From NCBI RefSeq assembly GCF_006345805.1, contig NC_043014.1, positions 806,001 to 870,000 of the forward strand: a stretch of DNA of 64,000 nucleotides, written 5' to 3'. Below are positions 59,151 through 64,000 of this stretch, in pieces. Each line of letters starts with the position of its first letter. The stretch's first letter is position 1. Below the pieces are notes generated by a model. It did not search any database, had not been told where the DNA came from, and saw nothing but the letters and a program-made list of their open reading frames with translations. Made by a program: the position numbers and the translations under genes. Source of the stretch: Octopus sinensis (lineage: Eukaryota).

Positions 59151-60658
59151 TATAAATGCAAAATTCTTGATATCAGGAACCACTTGTGCCAAACTGTTGT
59201 CTAAGACTGTCTTCAAAAAACATTGAATAAGGAATTTCTTTCTGTTCTTTAAAAACTCTTTTAAAAAGAAAAAGTTTGTTTTTTTTTCAGATGAAAAGAA
59301 AAAGGGGAAAAACTATACAAGAGCAGGCAGCTGCTTCACTACAGTTTCCAGGGAATGGTGTGTGTGTGTGCGAGAGTTAAAACATAAAATCTCATTCAGA
59401 AAACGAACAAGATTTGATTTGTTTCCTTCTTTTATTTGGATTATTTTTACTTGTTTTTTTAATTATTGTAAACTAAACACTGATTAAGCAATGATGTAGA
59501 AAGACATTACACACACACACTCAATTGTATACATATATACACCTATGTAATTTATCATATACACCTGAGGATGCAGTGGGGCCTAAAGGCACATGATCCC
59601 TTACTATTCCTTCTCTTTCTCCATCCCTGACCCTATTCCCATCGGAAAGGTCACACAAATTATGTCACACCCCTTCTGATTAGAATTATGACTGTCGCCG
59701 AGAGAAACCAGTAATAATTAGTTGAGAAAGCCAAGTCTACAAGACTAATACTAAATGCCTATCGTAGTTTGCAGGAACCTTAGCTTCAAGACTGGATCCC
59801 TAAATGTCCCCCTTCAAATAATCTCAGAATAATTCATCACCATTTGCAATGATTCCCTGAAGATATTTTCCATTCGAACTTTGGTAACCTGTGATGAAAG
59901 AACTTTTCTCTGAGTCATCAATCTCTGCCAAACATGATGAAACAACCGACGCCAATATGTCCCAGCCAAAATCAAAACATTCCTCATCAACTCGTTGAGT
60001 TTTAAAGGTACATTGTCACCTGAATAATTGCAGGTTATTATTCAAGGCAGCGTTTGTGTCCTGGAGGCCATCACTTGCCATTTCGCAAGACAGTCCTACA
60101 TAGCTCTTGTACAGAAGATTCTTTGGTAACTCAGCAAGGACCTCTTTGGGTTGATTTAGGACCAGTTGAAGTGTGACCGGCAACAAGACAGGTGGATACT
60201 TCGCTTCTTCACAATTCCACTGCAATTTTATGGCAATATAATAAATATATTTGTATGTGTGTGTGTGTGTGTATATATAAATATAAATATAAGCATACAT
60301 TATGCACACATACACAATATGCATACATATGTGTAATTATATATACATACACACATGCCTATCTATATCTGTCTATATATATATAGATATATATATGCAT
60401 AGTTTATGTTGTGGTATAAAAACATAAAAGTATTTAATACAGTGTTGGAAGTGTGTAGACTCAAATATATGTTAATATATGTCTGTATAATATATGTTAA
60501 TTTTATGCATGAGATAAACAGGGATTACATTCGCAGCCAATCCATATATGGCTGAATGAACGACCGGATGAAACCGGTCGGAGAGAATGTTATTACTGCT
60601 TAGTTTCATCCACAAATGAACATCACACACACACACACACACACCACACACACACAGG
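59151..60658. repeat. Tandem segmental duplication, copy 1 (~1508 bp)
   Basis: Near-identical to 60659-62168; bounded by (CA)n-CAGG. Confidence 0.95.
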
Positions 60659-62127
60659 TATAAATGCAAAATTCTTGATATCAGGAACCACTTGTGCCAA
60701 ACTGTTGTCTAAGACTGTCTTCAAAAAACATTGAATAAGGAATTTCTTTCTGTTCTTTAAAAACTCTTTTAAAAAGAAAAAGTTTGTTTTTTTTTCAGAT
60801 GAAAAGAAAAAGGGAAAAACTATACAAGAGCAGGCAGCTGCTTCACTACAGTTTCCAGGGAATGGTGTGTGTGTGTGCGAGAGTTAAAACATAAAATCTC
60901 ATTCAGAAAACGAACAAGATTTGATTTGTTTCCTTCTTTTATTTGGATTATTTTTACTTGTTTTTTTAATTATTGTAAACTAAACACTGATTAAGCAATG
61001 ATGTAGAAAGACATTACACACACACACTCAATTGTATACATATATACACCTATGTAATTTATCATATACACCTGAGGATGCAGTGGGGCCTAAAGGCACA
61101 TGATCCCTTACTATTCCTTCTCTTTCTCCATCCCTGACCCTATTCCCATCGGAAAGGTCACACAAATTATGTCACACCCCTTCTGATTAGAATTATGACT
61201 GTCGCCGAGAGAAACCAGTAATAATTAGTTGAGAAAGCCAAGTCTACAAGACTAATACTAAATGCCTATCGTAGTTTGCAGGAACCTTAGCTTCAAGACT
61301 GGATCCCTAAATGTCCCCCTTCAAATAATCTCAGAATAATTCATCACCATTTGCAATGATTCCCTGAAGATATTTTCCATTCGAACTTTGGTAACCTGTG
61401 ATGAAAGAACTTTTCTCTGAGTCATCAATCTCTGCCAAACATGATGAAACAACCGACGCCAATATGTCCCAGCCAAAATCAAAACATTCCTCATCAACTC
61501 GTTGAGTTTTAAAGGTACATTGTCACCTGAATAATTGCAGGTTATTATTCAAGGCAGCGTTTGTGTCCTGGAGGCCATCACTTGCCATTTCGCAAGACAG
61601 TCCTACATAGCTCTTGTACAGAAGATTCTTTGGTAACTCAGCAAGGACCTCTTTGGGTTGATTTAGGACCAGTTGAAGTGTGACCGGCAACAAGACAGGT
61701 GGATACTTCGCTTCTTCACAATTCCACTGCAATTTTATGGCAATATAATAAATATATTTGTATGTGTGTGTGTGTGTGTATATATAAATATAAATATAAG
61801 CATACATTATGCACACATACACAATATGCATACATATGTGTAATTATATATACATACACACATGCCTATCTATATCTGTCTATATATATAGATATATATA
61901 TGCATAGTTTATGTTGTGGTATAAAAACATAAAAGTATTTAATACAGTGTTGGAAGTGTGTAGACTCAAATATATGTTAATATATGTCTGTATAATATAT
62001 GTTAATTTTATGCATGAGATAAACAGGGATTACATTCGCAGCCAATCCATATATGGCTGAATGAACGACCGGATGAAACCGGTCGGAGAGAATGTTATTA
62101 CTGCTTAGTTTCATCCACAAATGAACA

Positions 62128-62168
<41 letters not shown>
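60659..62168. repeat. Tandem segmental duplication, copy 2
   Basis: The only differences I found from copy 1 are one G homopolymer length and the terminal (CA)n tract. Confidence 0.95.
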
Positions 62169-63049
62169 CATCTCCCACATCATGGAAGAGCTCTGCCCAA
62201 GAATCTTTCCTAGAACACAGTTTCCATAATATAAAACATATTTTCTCACCAATTCTCTGCTTGTTAACTTCCATTTAACAGGAAGATGTTGGAGAATTGG
62301 TCTTACATAATGGAACTCCATGTTATGAAAACGTATGTATGCATGTGTGTATGTGTGTGTGTGTTTGTATATATACATACATATATATGTGTGTGTATCA
62401 AAATAAATGTATGTACGTATTTCTCGACATGTTTGGAAGGCAGACCAACCCATCAGTAATGAAATAGCTTCAAGACAAATGACAAACATTGAATGGTTGT
62501 TTTTTGAGCGAAAGAATGAGTGAAGGAGACAAAGAAGAGAGAGAGAGAGAGTGAAGGGGAGAGATGGAGAGAGTGAGAGGAGGAGGAGGCAGAGAGAGGC
62601 CATGTAGATAGAGAGAGGAATGTCGTTAGAGTTACAATATTTAATTAGGGTGAAAGTAATTAATTAGACATAATAGAGACAAGACAGAGATGACATGTAA
62701 AGACATTTTGTTAATCTATCAGTGTGTTGAAACAAAGATGGGAAGTGGTGACAATCATGCCCTTACTAAGGCAGCAATGCAACCAGTTACAAAGTCCAAA
62801 GTTAATTTGAAAGTGAATTTTGTTTGCCAAGAATTTACCACCACTGACTCACCGAACCCTGTTGCCATAACAACACCACCACCAACATACCCCTGGGGCC
62901 ACATTGTAGCCCCATACAGTCACCCAGTGTGTGGGGGAGTCACTTTGACTAAAGTGTGGCGGAATTGGGATTCCTGGCATACAGGTTACCTCTATATACA
63001 GCAAAATGGTGACTATTTCTCTCTCTCTCTCTCTCATACAAACATCATC

Positions 63050-63200
63050 ATCATCATCATCATTTAAAATCCGTTTTCAATGCTGGCATGGGTTGGCAGG
63101 ATCTGACAAGCCACAGAATGCTGCACCAAGCTCCAATGTCCTCCTTAGAATGGTTTCTATGACTGGATGCCTTCTCCAACACCAAGCACAAACACATCAG
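63050..63200 (-). mobile_element. RTE 3' tail fragment
   Basis: (CAT)nTTAAAATCCGTTTTCAATGCTGGCATGGGTTGG..CTGGATGCCTTCTCCAACACCAA. Confidence 0.75.
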
Positions 63201-64000
63201 TGGTGACTTCTAAGTGTCAGGGAGGGAGTCTCTACATGGTCGTTTGACTTGCTACAAATGGCAGCTAAATATATCTCAAATCACACCCTTTTGTCTTAAA
63301 AGGGAGATGGACATCTTGGGGTGATATAATCTGGAGGAAAGAAGACAGGACAACTTTGATCTCTAAGCAGGTACCACTAGTATGGTGTCATCCACCGAAT
63401 GTTCACAATTACCACCACCAACAACAACAGCTCCATGTACTGAACGGCTGACAGCAACAACAGTAGCAATAAAGAGGAATTCCATTATTATTATTATTAT
63501 TGTCATCATTGATCCAGTAAAGAAGGAAAAGGGTTTACAAACTGGCTTCTACAACTACACCAATAAAGGGGATTAAGGGATTCAATAAAAGAGAGAAAAG
63601 GATAGGGTCTCTTTTAGTCTGATACAATGGAGCAGTTTGGTGCAGGGTAGTGCTGTAGTCAAGGTGGTAGCGCAGAGCCAAGTGGGTGAAACTCAAACCA
63701 AGTTTACATTGATAAATGGTGTTCATGTAATTATTAACAATGTCGGCACAGTTAACGAGTTGTTTTTCTAAAATCGTTACATAAATGGTTGGTCATCTGC
63801 TGCAGTGGACTATAAACCATAGCGTATGGTGGTACCTACTTACAGCTACAAAGACTGTGCTAGAAACAGATAAGTGTGACAAACATAATGATGAGAGTGA
63901 TTTGAACCCCCAACTCCTTGCTTGTCCAGTGTGGCACATCCAGAGTTCTGAAATAGTTATTGACAACAGAGTACAGAGAGGCGAAAAGGATGTCTGCATT

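Noticed and set aside
59820-60030. Selenoprotein reading of the in-frame TGA codons
   Set aside because: No redox motif context or SECIS is visible, and a TAG follows shortly.
60552-60580. CTGAATGA..GAAACCGGTC as a hammerhead (duplicated at ~62057-62085)
   Set aside because: The core has an extra base, and stems I and II cannot form; it is better explained as a simple 7-bp hairpin CGACCGG/CCGGTCG.
62690-63067. 125-aa ORF
   Set aside because: No recognisable domain; the 3' end runs into microsatellite and RTE tail.

Overview
Eukaryotic, AT-rich, microsatellite-dense genomic DNA. The repeat content (RTE LINEs with (GAT)n tails, several tRNA-headed SINE families, abundant (TA)n/(CA)n/(TCTA)n) fits a coleoid cephalopod such as Octopus; this is an inference, not a database result. 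The only well-supported host gene is a 3.19-kb + strand coding exon (34545-37730) encoding a ZNF800-like protein with five widely spaced C2H2/C2HC fingers. The rest is layered transposon debris: RTE LINEs, RTE-BovB-like, CR1/L2-like, Penelope-like and HERO/NeSL-like fragments, at least four SINE types (my labels A-D plus a headless RTE-tailed form H), hAT MITEs with perfect 8-bp TSDs, a hAT transposase remnant and a mariner fold-back element. Notable structures are a type I hammerhead-ribozyme-like motif with a non-canonical CCGACGA core (49085-49128, -), a perfect 34-bp inverted repeat enclosing only a microsatellite (29257-29372), a 170-bp near-palindrome (50191-50360), SINE head/tail swapping, and a near-identical 1.5-kb tandem duplication bounded by (CA)n tracts (59151-62168). 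Almost all short ORFs in the supplied track are microsatellite or antisense artefacts. All alignments were done by eye, and boundaries of degenerate repeats are approximate.
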